From Bacteroidales bacterium (GTDB lineage Bacteria > Bacteroidota > Bacteroidia > Bacteroidales > WCHB1-69): 64,000 nucleotides of DNA. The notes below the pieces were generated by a model, which saw nothing but the letters and a program-made list of their open reading frames with translations, ran no database searches and was not told the origin of the DNA. The position numbers and the translations under genes are program-made. Location of the stretch: positions 18,951 to 82,950 of the forward strand of contig JAQUWC010000001.1 in NCBI GenBank assembly GCA_028693085.1. Reading direction: 5' to 3'. Shown piece by piece: positions 46,855-54,561 of this stretch (the first letter of the stretch is position 1; each line of letters opens with the position of its first letter).

Positions 46855-48636
46855 ATGGAAATTACCAGATCATTTGATCTCTTAGAACGTTTAAAACAAA
46901 CATATGCATTCAAAACAGACATACTATCCCACAAACGAAACGGAGCTTGGGTGAAATTCAGTGTTGATGATTATTATGAAATATCCCATTTATTGAGTTA
47001 TGGTTTTTTAGCTTTGGGTTTACAGCCTAACGACAAAGTTATTACTATAACGAATAACCGTCCGGAATGGAATTTTATTGATATGGCTCTTGCCATGGCG
47101 CAATTGATACATGTGCCGGTTTATCCTACTTTGAGTAAGGACGATTATACACATATTATTAAACATAGTGATGCGAAACTAGTTATTATAGGTAACGAAG
47201 TTATTTTTAAAAATGTTATTCCTGTCGTTGAAGCTTTTGAAGATAAACCTATTGTATATACTATCAATCCCATTGAAAATCAAAAAAACTTAGAAGAAAT
47301 TAAGTTATTGGGAATAAGCACAAAAGAAATCTATGGTCCGCTTATCGAAGAAAATAAAAAGAAGATAAAGCCCGAGGATCTTTGTACGATAATCTATACT
47401 TCGGGTACTACCGGACTTCCGAAAGGAGTTATGTTATCGCATCGTGCCATTACTTATAATGCCGTGGCTCATGCAGTCATGCAGATAGTGGATCATACGC
47501 ACCGTATGTTGAGCTTCTTACCGCTATGTCATATTTATGAACGAAGTATGAACTACGATTTTCAATACCTCGGCACCAGTATTTATTACGCAGAAAGTTT
47601 AAATACCATTGCTGCCGATTTAAAAGATGGAAAAGTACACGGTTTCTGCTCCGTACCACGCGTATTGGAACTGATGTTCGAAAAACTCCGTGCTGCCGGA
47701 AAAGACTTAAAAGGTATAAAGAAACGCATTTACTTTTGGGCGTTTCATATGGCTCAAAAATTCGACTATAAAAATACCTCTCCGCTTTATGCATTAAAAT
47801 ATAAAATTGCCGACAAATTAGTGTATTCCAAATGGAGGGCTAACTTAGGTGGAAACGAAATGCTTATCGTATCGGGAGGTTCTTCAATACAGGCAAAAAT
47901 CGTTCGCTTGTTTACCGCTGCGAAAATGAAAGTAATCGAAGGCTACGGTCTTACCGAAACATCGCCCGTGATTGCCGTTAACCGTCCGAAGGAGAAACTG
48001 GTAACTATCGGTACTGTAGGAAAACTTATTGATGGCATTGAGGTAAAATTAGCCGACGACGGAGAAATTCTTACCAAAGGCGTTTGCTTAATGATGGGTT
48101 ATTACAAAGACCCCGAATACACAAAACAAGTCATCGATGAAGATGGTTGGTTTCATACCGGCGACATAGGAGAGTTTACCGAAGATGGTTTTTTGCGTAT
48201 TACCGATCGTAAAAAAGATATTTTTAAACTAAGTGCCGGTAAATACATTGCCCCTCAGTTATTGGAAAATAAATTCAAAGAATCACCTTTTATTGAAAAT
48301 ATAATGATTATAGGTGAAAATGAGAAATTTGTTTCTGCTATTATTTCTCCTAATTTTCAGTACCTTCATTTTTGGGCAAGTAAACATAAGATTAGTTATA
48401 GAAATAATATAGAATTAATAGAAATAGAAGCCACCATCGCTCGTATTAAGAGGGAAGTCGATGCTGTGAATGCTAAATTAGCACCCCACGAACAAGTGAA
48501 ACGTTTTCGCATTGTTCCCGAAGAATGGACTGCTCCCGGTGGAGAATTATCTCCTACTTTAAAGCTGAAACGTAATGTGCTTACCAAAAAATATGAAACT
48601 GTAATTAAAGAAATTTTTGGTGCGCATAATACTTAG
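46855..48636 (+). CDS. Long-chain fatty acid--CoA ligase (AMP-binding), paralog 2
   Basis: IIYTSGTTGLPKGVMLSH, EGYGLTETSP, GWFHTGDIG. Collinear with paralog 1 from residue 1 (MEITR.F.LL). Confidence 0.85.
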   Translation: MEITRSFDLLERLKQTYAFKTDILSHKRNGAWVKFSVDDYYEISHLLSYGFLALGLQPNDKVITITNNRPEWNFIDMALAMAQLIHVPVYPTLSKDDYTHIIKHSDAKLVIIGNEVIFKNVIPVVEAFEDKPIVYTINPIENQKNLEEIKLLGISTKEIYGPLIEENKKKIKPEDLCTIIYTSGTTGLPKGVMLSHRAITYNAVAHAVMQIVDHTHRMLSFLPLCHIYERSMNYDFQYLGTSIYYAESLNTIAADLKDGKVHGFCSVPRVLELMFEKLRAAGKDLKGIKKRIYFWAFHMAQKFDYKNTSPLYALKYKIADKLVYSKWRANLGGNEMLIVSGGSSIQAKIVRLFTAAKMKVIEGYGLTETSPVIAVNRPKEKLVTIGTVGKLIDGIEVKLADDGEILTKGVCLMMGYYKDPEYTKQVIDEDGWFHTGDIGEFTEDGFLRITDRKKDIFKLSAGKYIAPQLLENKFKESPFIENIMIIGENEKFVSAIISPNFQYLHFWASKHKISYRNNIELIEIEATIARIKREVDAVNAKLAPHEQVKRFRIVPEEWTAPGGELSPTLKLKRNVLTKKYETVIKEIFGAHNT

Positions 48637-48702
48637 AGAGAATCTTATAGTATATTATAAAGAAAAATAAGGATTGATCTGACAGTCACAGCTTTTCGGA
48701 GA

Positions 48703-48906
48703 TCAATAGGCTTCGCTTTTGTATAGATTATTGATGGTAAATTCTAATGTGTTGTTTCTCATATTGTAAAAATGCAAGACCGTTCCATTTGTATACGAAA
48801 AATAATTTTGTGCCAATTCATCAGGAAATGCTGGAAAATCCAACATCCTTTGACAAGCATGAGACATAATACTTAATAATATTATTAAACTGATTTTTGT
48901 TTTCAT
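48703..48906 (-). CDS. Truncated/chimeric small lipoprotein (67 aa), possibly a pseudogene
   Basis: MKTKISLIILLSIMSHAC. The signal-peptide DNA is ~90% identical to that of the 49691-50191 gene. The mature part (DFPAFPDELAQNYFSYTNGTVLHFYN) resembles the N-terminus of the 50205-50720 protein (DFPIDVRYFPYEEETILSFRN) but ends after ~48 aa. ATGA overlap with the upstream gene. Confidence 0.4.
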   Translation of the reverse strand: MKTKISLIILLSIMSHACQRMLDFPAFPDELAQNYFSYTNGTVLHFYNMRNNTLEFTINNLYKSEAY

Positions 48907-49562
48907 TGTATTTGATATTTTATTGACCAAACTACTATTGGAAAAACATTTGTATTTCTGCATGTTTCCATAAAACCCATTCCTGGAATATAATTTTGGT
49001 AGCCGTATAAATCCTTAACGGTTTTATCTGGTGTATATGAGATGTTAATCGCAATATCTGTACAAAGTTTTTTGTATATACGGATATGATAACCGGCGAC
49101 TCCGGTAAATCCAAATATAAACTTGTGGTGTTTTAATCGTTTCGTTTTGTCGGCCTCTTCATATATCCAAGAACTGCATAAATAAGCCGAAAAAAAGAAA
49201 TAATGCTTTTTATCAAACGATTTTCTGATATTATATTTCATCCCCCCCTTTAAGAATGCACCCGTTTGTTGTATCATAGTAAATCCATCGTTTCCACAAT
49301 CGAAATGAGGAGTTAATAACCATCCTATATAGTCCATCGATTTCGAATAATTAAAGGTAAATCCAGTATTAACTAAGAAGTCGTAGTGTGGATTATTGGA
49401 GAATGCATAAGTAATATCAATGGTAGTAGCGGGTAGTTGTAACAAATTAAGTCCTATTGCGTGATGCATTATCTTCTCTTCTTGACCAAGTCCTTTTTTT
49501 GGAATTAAAAACAGGATTGTGCATATAATAAAGATTATGTTTAATTTAATAATTGCTTTCAT
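48903..49562 (-). CDS. Hypothetical secreted protein, possibly an outer-membrane beta-barrel
   Basis: Signal peptide, 219 aa, with an alternating aromatic/hydrophilic pattern. Contains a G7 tract (plus-strand C7 at 49242-49248). Confidence 0.45.
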   Translation of the reverse strand: MKAIIKLNIIFIICTILFLIPKKGLGQEEKIMHHAIGLNLLQLPATTIDITYAFSNNPHYDFLVNTGFTFNYSKSMDYIGWLLTPHFDCGNDGFTMIQQTGAFLKGGMKYNIRKSFDKKHYFFFSAYLCSSWIYEEADKTKRLKHHKFIFGFTGVAGYHIRIYKKLCTDIAINISYTPDKTVKDLYGYQNYIPGMGFMETCRNTNVFPIVVWSIKYQIQ

Positions 49563-49566
49563 AGCA

Positions 49567-49719
49567 TTATTTTTTAATTAGTTTATACGTATATTTTTTT
49601 GTAGAAGAAGTGAAGAGCAATACATATATGCCTGTGCTTAATTCGGGAACAGAAAAATTAAAATAATAATTTCCGGCGGCCTGATTGTTTTCATTTGCTG
49701 CGGAGTTTTTCTTTGACAT
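49567..49719 (-). pseudogene. Orphan remnant of a T9SS C-terminal sorting domain
   Basis: In the +1 frame relative to the upstream gene: ...NNQAAGNYYFNFSVPELSTGIYVLLFTSSTKKYTYKLIKK*. This matches the distal half of a Por_Secre_tail domain (L..GIY...........K..K at the terminus). Only 50 codons are open, and the proximal half with the PNP motif is missing. Confidence 0.55.
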
Positions 49720-50191
49720 ACTTTTCAATTACTTTAAATTCTATCGTATAATCTTCCGGAATTTTGGGAACCAATACCCAATTCCAGCTTGTATTATTTT
49801 TCTCACATCCTCCACATTGATGTACGGTTATGGTATATACTATTTTCTTGTGCTTTATATCTTTGGAAACATATCGCTCAAAGACGACGGAACATCCTGC
49901 TGTATTTACTTCTTTTTCAAGTACAGAATATTTTGAAAAGTCAATCGTCTGGTAATACATGCCACCGTCAAAACTAACCCGTAAATTATCAATATTCTGT
50001 GAGTCGGATTGTATGCATTTCCCAGCCTCTTTCTGTGGAATTTCATTTAAATGCTTATTCACCGTACTCACTTTTGCATTTGAAATAATTTCTCCGGTTC
50101 CAATCTCTTCTTTCGGTAATATGCATTGCCTTTCACAACTCCAAAATATTCCTGTTAGCAATAGTATTAGTAAACTGATTTTTGCTTTCAT
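49691..50191 (-). CDS. Hypothetical Cys-rich lipoprotein
   Basis: Lipobox LLTGIFWSC-ERQ, 166 aa, with a CGGC motif. No family recognised. Confidence 0.5.
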   Translation of the reverse strand: MKAKISLLILLLTGIFWSCERQCILPKEEIGTGEIISNAKVSTVNKHLNEIPQKEAGKCIQSDSQNIDNLRVSFDGGMYYQTIDFSKYSVLEKEVNTAGCSVVFERYVSKDIKHKKIVYTITVHQCGGCEKNNTSWNWVLVPKIPEDYTIEFKVIEKYVKEKLRSK

Positions 50192-50204
50192 TGTATGATG
50201 ATTT

Positions 50205-50720
50205 TTATTCTATTAACTTCCAAACCTCCCCGTCTCCATCCGTCCATTCCGTAATGCCTTTGCCTTTGATAATGGTTACGCTTTGTTGATCATCATATAA
50301 CAAAATAGTATCTCCGAAGACATTATAATTATTCCCTTCAATGATTTTTTCTTTATTATAGTAATTTGTGAAATTATTATACAAAATGTCTATTGATAAA
50401 AGAATAGTATGGTAATGCGAATCATCAGGATTAGCTAATGCATTCAAACTACCGTTTATTTGTACCTTCCCAATTGGCGAAAAAGAATAATTGGCGGTAC
50501 ATAGACTTTTACTCCCCCATGGTATATTTTTATCTTTACTTTGCATTATATTTTGAGTGGTGGTAGATAGAGTATCTCCTTGTGCATTCCGAAAAGAAAG
50601 TATGGTTTCTTCTTCATAGGGGAAATACCGTACATCTATGGGAAAATCATTCGGACAACTTCTGCTGTATCCGAAAAAAACGAGTATCATAAAGAGAAAA
50701 ATTATGTGTTTTGATTTCAT
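50205..50720 (-). CDS. Hypothetical secreted protein/lipoprotein
   Basis: Start set at MKSKHIIFLFMILVFFGYSRSC. The C-terminus GKGITEWTDGDGEVWKLIE is loosely similar to the C-terminus of the 52536-53126 product. Confidence 0.5.
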   Translation of the reverse strand: MKSKHIIFLFMILVFFGYSRSCPNDFPIDVRYFPYEEETILSFRNAQGDTLSTTTQNIMQSKDKNIPWGSKSLCTANYSFSPIGKVQINGSLNALANPDDSHYHTILLSIDILYNNFTNYYNKEKIIEGNNYNVFGDTILLYDDQQSVTIIKGKGITEWTDGDGEVWKLIE

Positions 50721-50733
50721 GGCGATTAGTTTT

Positions 50734-52539
50734 TTATTCTTTAACAATTTTTTTAGTAATTATCTCATTTTCAGTTTTAATTTTAATTAAATAAATACCT
50801 TTTGATATATCGCCTATATCTAGTGTTGAGTTTGTATTATTGACAGTAAATACTTTAATCGTTTTTCCAACCACATCATATACATATACTTCCTTAATTA
50901 AACATTGTCCGTTATCTATTGTCAATTCATTATTGACAGGATTGGGAAATATTGTTAATTGTTTTTCCATATTACTTTCATCATATTTTCCGATGGATGT
51001 TGAGGTTAATGCTTTTTCTCCTGATGAATAATGAGTTCCACAAAAAACTAAATTACCCGAACAAGGTCGTATCTTTGCTGTAATATTTGCACCGTTTTGA
51101 ATATGAGTATTTGGAGAAAAAACAATTTGATTACCGGCTGTAAAATTATAATTTGCTTCATTTTCAAATACGGCAGATGAAATTTCAATGTTATTATTTG
51201 CCTGAATAGTCAATTCATTCAAATTTAAATCATAAAAATGTGTTGAACTAAAGATTCCGGATAAATTTAGATTTGATTGACATGCCCTAATTGGATCTAT
51301 TCCTTCATAAGATACAATGTCTGTATTTCCAAATAGAGCTTCTCGCATGGCATCACTATGAGACATACATGATTTAATTTTTCCGACCCAGTCATGTATT
51401 AAAGAACTATTACAATGATAATTCATTCCTCCGGAAATAGTTGCAATTATTCTTTTTTTACTATTTAAAAAAACAGGCGCACCTGATCCTCCTCCCATTA
51501 TAATTCCATCATCCCAATAAACATCCCATTTAGGACCTGCAAAATATTTTATTTTTCCTGACGTAATTTTTTTAGGATTTCCATCAGAATGATGAATACA
51601 GGTAACCTCATCACCAGCACTTCTATTCGTAATATCCACGCCTGCATAATAAACATTGTACTGAATAGGTATGGGTTCTGTTATGAGTAATAAGGCATTA
51701 TCGCTCCATGAAATATCACAGTATCCTACCAATTGAGAACCTTGGACTCTATAGTAATCGTATAGGTATCCATCTTCACCATTACAAAAGGAATTTTGAT
51801 AATTAAAATAAAATTCTGTGAGACTCCAATCTATAACTTCATCTGTACAATGTCTTGCCGTTAAAAAATATTGAACAAAATTATTCCGATAATTGTTTAC
51901 CAATGCCCCTGTACACTGACCAATCCACCCTCCTTCTTTTGGAAAATAATACAAAGCAACACTTCTTTTTTGGTCACACCAATTATTGCCTTCCGAACAA
52001 TTGATATCAATCATGCAGGAATAATCTGCTGTTGCTGCTTTTATAGCTTCATTAAATGATTCGGTAAAATGATAGATTTTTGATATCAATATTTGATTTT
52101 TGTATAATTCATCCATGGGGATTTCAATAATAATGCTACAGTGGTCGCCATGAAGAAAATTACTGATATACGAAGAGTCGGGTTTATGAATAAAATAAGC
52201 ACCTTGGTATTGATACCGTAAAGAATCATCCGTATAAAAAGAAACTATGGCATTGTTACTCAATATAAATTTTTGAAATACTATTTTTATTTCTTTAGCT
52301 CCATTTGATTGTATTTTAATAAGTTTACGCCAAATATTATTTTCTGTTTGAGCGAATTCTTTATCCAAACAATTTAGTTCCATATCACGTATAACTCCAC
52401 AAATATTTGAAAATGAATCAATTTTTGAAGAATCTATAATCGGAACTGGTAATACGATATTTTGTGCGACAATCTCCTTTTGTGCTTTTACTGCATAAGC
52501 AACAAAGAGCAGTATCATTAGTAAAACTATTTTTTTCAT
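50734..52539 (-). CDS. T9SS-sorted trypsin-fold (S1, lysyl-endopeptidase-like) serine protease with N-terminal propeptide
   Basis: Signal peptide. His motif FLTARHC, Asp in SDNALLLI, Ser motif GGGSGAPVF. C-terminal LTIFPNPVNNELTI...DISKGIYLIKIKTENEIITKKIVKE is a type-A T9SS CTD (nt ~50737-50960). Confidence 0.8.
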   Translation of the reverse strand: MKKIVLLMILLFVAYAVKAQKEIVAQNIVLPVPIIDSSKIDSFSNICGVIRDMELNCLDKEFAQTENNIWRKLIKIQSNGAKEIKIVFQKFILSNNAIVSFYTDDSLRYQYQGAYFIHKPDSSYISNFLHGDHCSIIIEIPMDELYKNQILISKIYHFTESFNEAIKAATADYSCMIDINCSEGNNWCDQKRSVALYYFPKEGGWIGQCTGALVNNYRNNFVQYFLTARHCTDEVIDWSLTEFYFNYQNSFCNGEDGYLYDYYRVQGSQLVGYCDISWSDNALLLITEPIPIQYNVYYAGVDITNRSAGDEVTCIHHSDGNPKKITSGKIKYFAGPKWDVYWDDGIIMGGGSGAPVFLNSKKRIIATISGGMNYHCNSSLIHDWVGKIKSCMSHSDAMREALFGNTDIVSYEGIDPIRACQSNLNLSGIFSSTHFYDLNLNELTIQANNNIEISSAVFENEANYNFTAGNQIVFSPNTHIQNGANITAKIRPCSGNLVFCGTHYSSGEKALTSTSIGKYDESNMEKQLTIFPNPVNNELTIDNGQCLIKEVYVYDVVGKTIKVFTVNNTNSTLDIGDISKGIYLIKIKTENEIITKKIVKE

Positions 52540-53126
52540 TGCTGTATATTTTTATCAGTTAATACCCAATCAAACTCATCAACTTTCATCATGCGAATAA
52601 GTCCTATATTTTTTGCCACATAAAACAGAAGGTTCTCATTGCTATATGATAATTCATTCATATTGAAGATATACACATCTTTATAAACGATGCCATCCAC
52701 ATCGTATTCGGCAAGATAGGTAACAGGACAATTGAAATTATTATTCTGATCACATGTAAATCGCAAAGGCAAATTTGTACTATATGAACCTCTAAAATCT
52801 GCAGTATTATCATAATCTATTTCCTCCCCTTGCGATATAATTCTCACTTCAAAATTAGTTAAGAAATGCCCCTTGATTTTTATGTATTCTGCAAAATCAT
52901 AAGCCTTTCGCCCACCTTTTGGCATCGGTGCAAATTTTAAAATTTCATAGTTTGTTACGGCCATTTTTTGTGTTTTTTGGCTCACACTGTCATAGTATGT
53001 CCATTCCGAACCGGCTTTAAAACAAAACAAATCTTTTACCAGTGTATTTATAGTACTTATATGTTCTTCTCTGCATGAAGAAAACAACAAACAAATGCCT
53101 ATTATTATCAAAACTATTCGTTTCAT
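52536..53126 (-). CDS. Hypothetical lipoprotein
   Basis: Lipobox CLLFSSC-REEH. ATGA overlap with the protease gene start and a 1-nt overlap with the upstream gene stop. Confidence 0.5.
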   Translation of the reverse strand: MKRIVLIIIGICLLFSSCREEHISTINTLVKDLFCFKAGSEWTYYDSVSQKTQKMAVTNYEILKFAPMPKGGRKAYDFAEYIKIKGHFLTNFEVRIISQGEEIDYDNTADFRGSYSTNLPLRFTCDQNNNFNCPVTYLAEYDVDGIVYKDVYIFNMNELSYSNENLLFYVAKNIGLIRMMKVDEFDWVLTDKNIQQ

Positions 53127-54034
53127 TATTCCCCTCCTTTCGCATGCTTCAGTTCATGGATTTGCTTCTCCAAATCAATGATATACAAAGTTAATTCTTC
53201 AATCTTACGAAGCAACATTTCGTCCATTTCGCCAATTTTGTAACCGTCGGCTTTGAACAGTTCGGCTGAAGGTATATCCGGAAGGTGTTTGTTGGTTTGA
53301 ATAAAAGCTTCCAATTCACTTAGCGACATAAGCATGTAATCTTTTTCAAATACATAATCGGCATCGGGTACATCGGCAATGACTTTTACCTCTTCGCAGA
53401 TAATACCCCCGTTTACCGCCAATTTATATTCCATATTCCGGTAATCTCCCTGATCATATCCTGTTTCAAATCCTACTCCGACCGTTCCGTTTCCGAAAAG
53501 GGTTAATGCGCTGATCCAATTTTTATTGGCTCTGAAATACAAATTGTCTTGGTAATCAATATAGGCATGTACGCCAGTATGTGTAATACGTAATCTGGGA
53601 TTATCTTCTGATGAAGAATTTCCAATATTAAAATTCACTCCAAAAGGTATAAATACATTGGATTGTAAATTTATTTTATCTCCCGCATTTACATTAATGT
53701 TTCCTACCCCAAATGATGAATTTATTATATTTAGATCATTACTATTTCCTATCAATTCCGAAACATATATAGGATTATTAAAATTAAAACCAATTCTATC
53801 TGTTTCGAATTCTGCAATGAATGGATTCATTCCTATTTTTACAAATCCATTGTAATTGGTCATGATAAATTCATGATAGTCTGGTGCAGTATACTGAACC
53901 TGTGATATTAGAGAGGTATTGCATATAAAAATAAATAAGAGTAAGAATAATACTTTTGTTATTCCTTGTTGCGTTTTACGTTGATACTTGTTGTTTAAAA
54001 CAACCTCTGTGTTTAAAAAAATTCGTGTTTTCAT
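53126..54034 (-). CDS. Hypothetical membrane-anchored protein with a tail-fibre-like C-terminal module and coiled coil
   Basis: N-terminal anchor VLFLLLFIFICNTSLISQ and a Gly/Asn-rich beta region. C-terminus: YKLAVNGGIICEEVKVIADVPDADYVFEKDYMLMSLSELEAFIQTNKHLPDIPSAELFKADGYKIGEMDEMLLRKIEELTLYIIDLEKQI. I recall this motif block from uncharacterised Bacteroidota proteins sometimes labelled tail fibre domain. Confidence 0.45.
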   Translation of the reverse strand: MKTRIFLNTEVVLNNKYQRKTQQGITKVLFLLLFIFICNTSLISQVQYTAPDYHEFIMTNYNGFVKIGMNPFIAEFETDRIGFNFNNPIYVSELIGNSNDLNIINSSFGVGNINVNAGDKINLQSNVFIPFGVNFNIGNSSSEDNPRLRITHTGVHAYIDYQDNLYFRANKNWISALTLFGNGTVGVGFETGYDQGDYRNMEYKLAVNGGIICEEVKVIADVPDADYVFEKDYMLMSLSELEAFIQTNKHLPDIPSAELFKADGYKIGEMDEMLLRKIEELTLYIIDLEKQIHELKHAKGGE

Positions 54035-54068
54035 TTTCTATGATTTTTAGTTAAAGATTAGTTTGGAA

Positions 54069-54076
54069 CAAATATA
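54069..54076 (-). promoter_or_regulatory. -7 promoter box (TATATTTG on minus strand) for the protease island operon
   Basis: TAnnTTTG match 35 nt upstream of the ATG at 54034. Confidence 0.4.
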
Positions 54077-54250
54077 CTCCTTTTTTTTATAAATCGAATA
54101 ATTTCTTGAAATATTTTCTAATTTATAGAAAAACAGTGGTATAAACAAAGAAGAAGATAAAAATATGGTATGCTTATCTTTTCTTTTTACTTTGAATTTG
54201 CCTGAAAATGGAAGCTATTTCCTTATTTTTATTTAGTTTTAAGAATCATC

Positions 54251-54348
54251 ATTGTCCGATAAAAATTCCGATATTGTTACAGATTCTGAGCGTAACGAAG
54301 TGAAGCGAAGAATCTGTTGGATTTTATCGGACAATAATTGGTTTTTTT
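54251..54348 (+). other. Compound hairpin followed by T7: orphan terminator-like, sRNA 3' end, or REP-like element
   Basis: Outer perfect 14-bp stem ATTGTCCGATAAAA (54251-54264) / TTTTATCGGACAAT (54322-54335). Inner perfect 9-bp stem ACAGATTCT (54279-54287) / AGAATCTGT (54309-54317). T7 at 54342-54348. Confidence 0.4.
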
Positions 54349-54440
54349 AATTGTAGATATGAATGTTGAATTTCATGCGCAACAATCGAGAGGAGTTAAA
54401 AATCATTTTGAGCGGGTGTGTTTTAAAATCTGTATTATTG

Positions 54441-54474
54441 CAAAAAAGCCGAAAAGATAGTGCTTCCCGGCTTT
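54441..54474 (-). terminator. Rho-independent terminator of tnaA
   Basis: The minus strand reads AAAGCCG-(16 nt)-CGGCTTT followed by TTTG, about 88 nt after the tnaA stop. Confidence 0.5.
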
Positions 54475-54561
54475 CATAAAATGGAACAATTTTTGATGTA
54501 AAATGCTAAAAATAAATACTAAACTTATATTAGCATTCTGTATGCTATAAATACTTTTATA

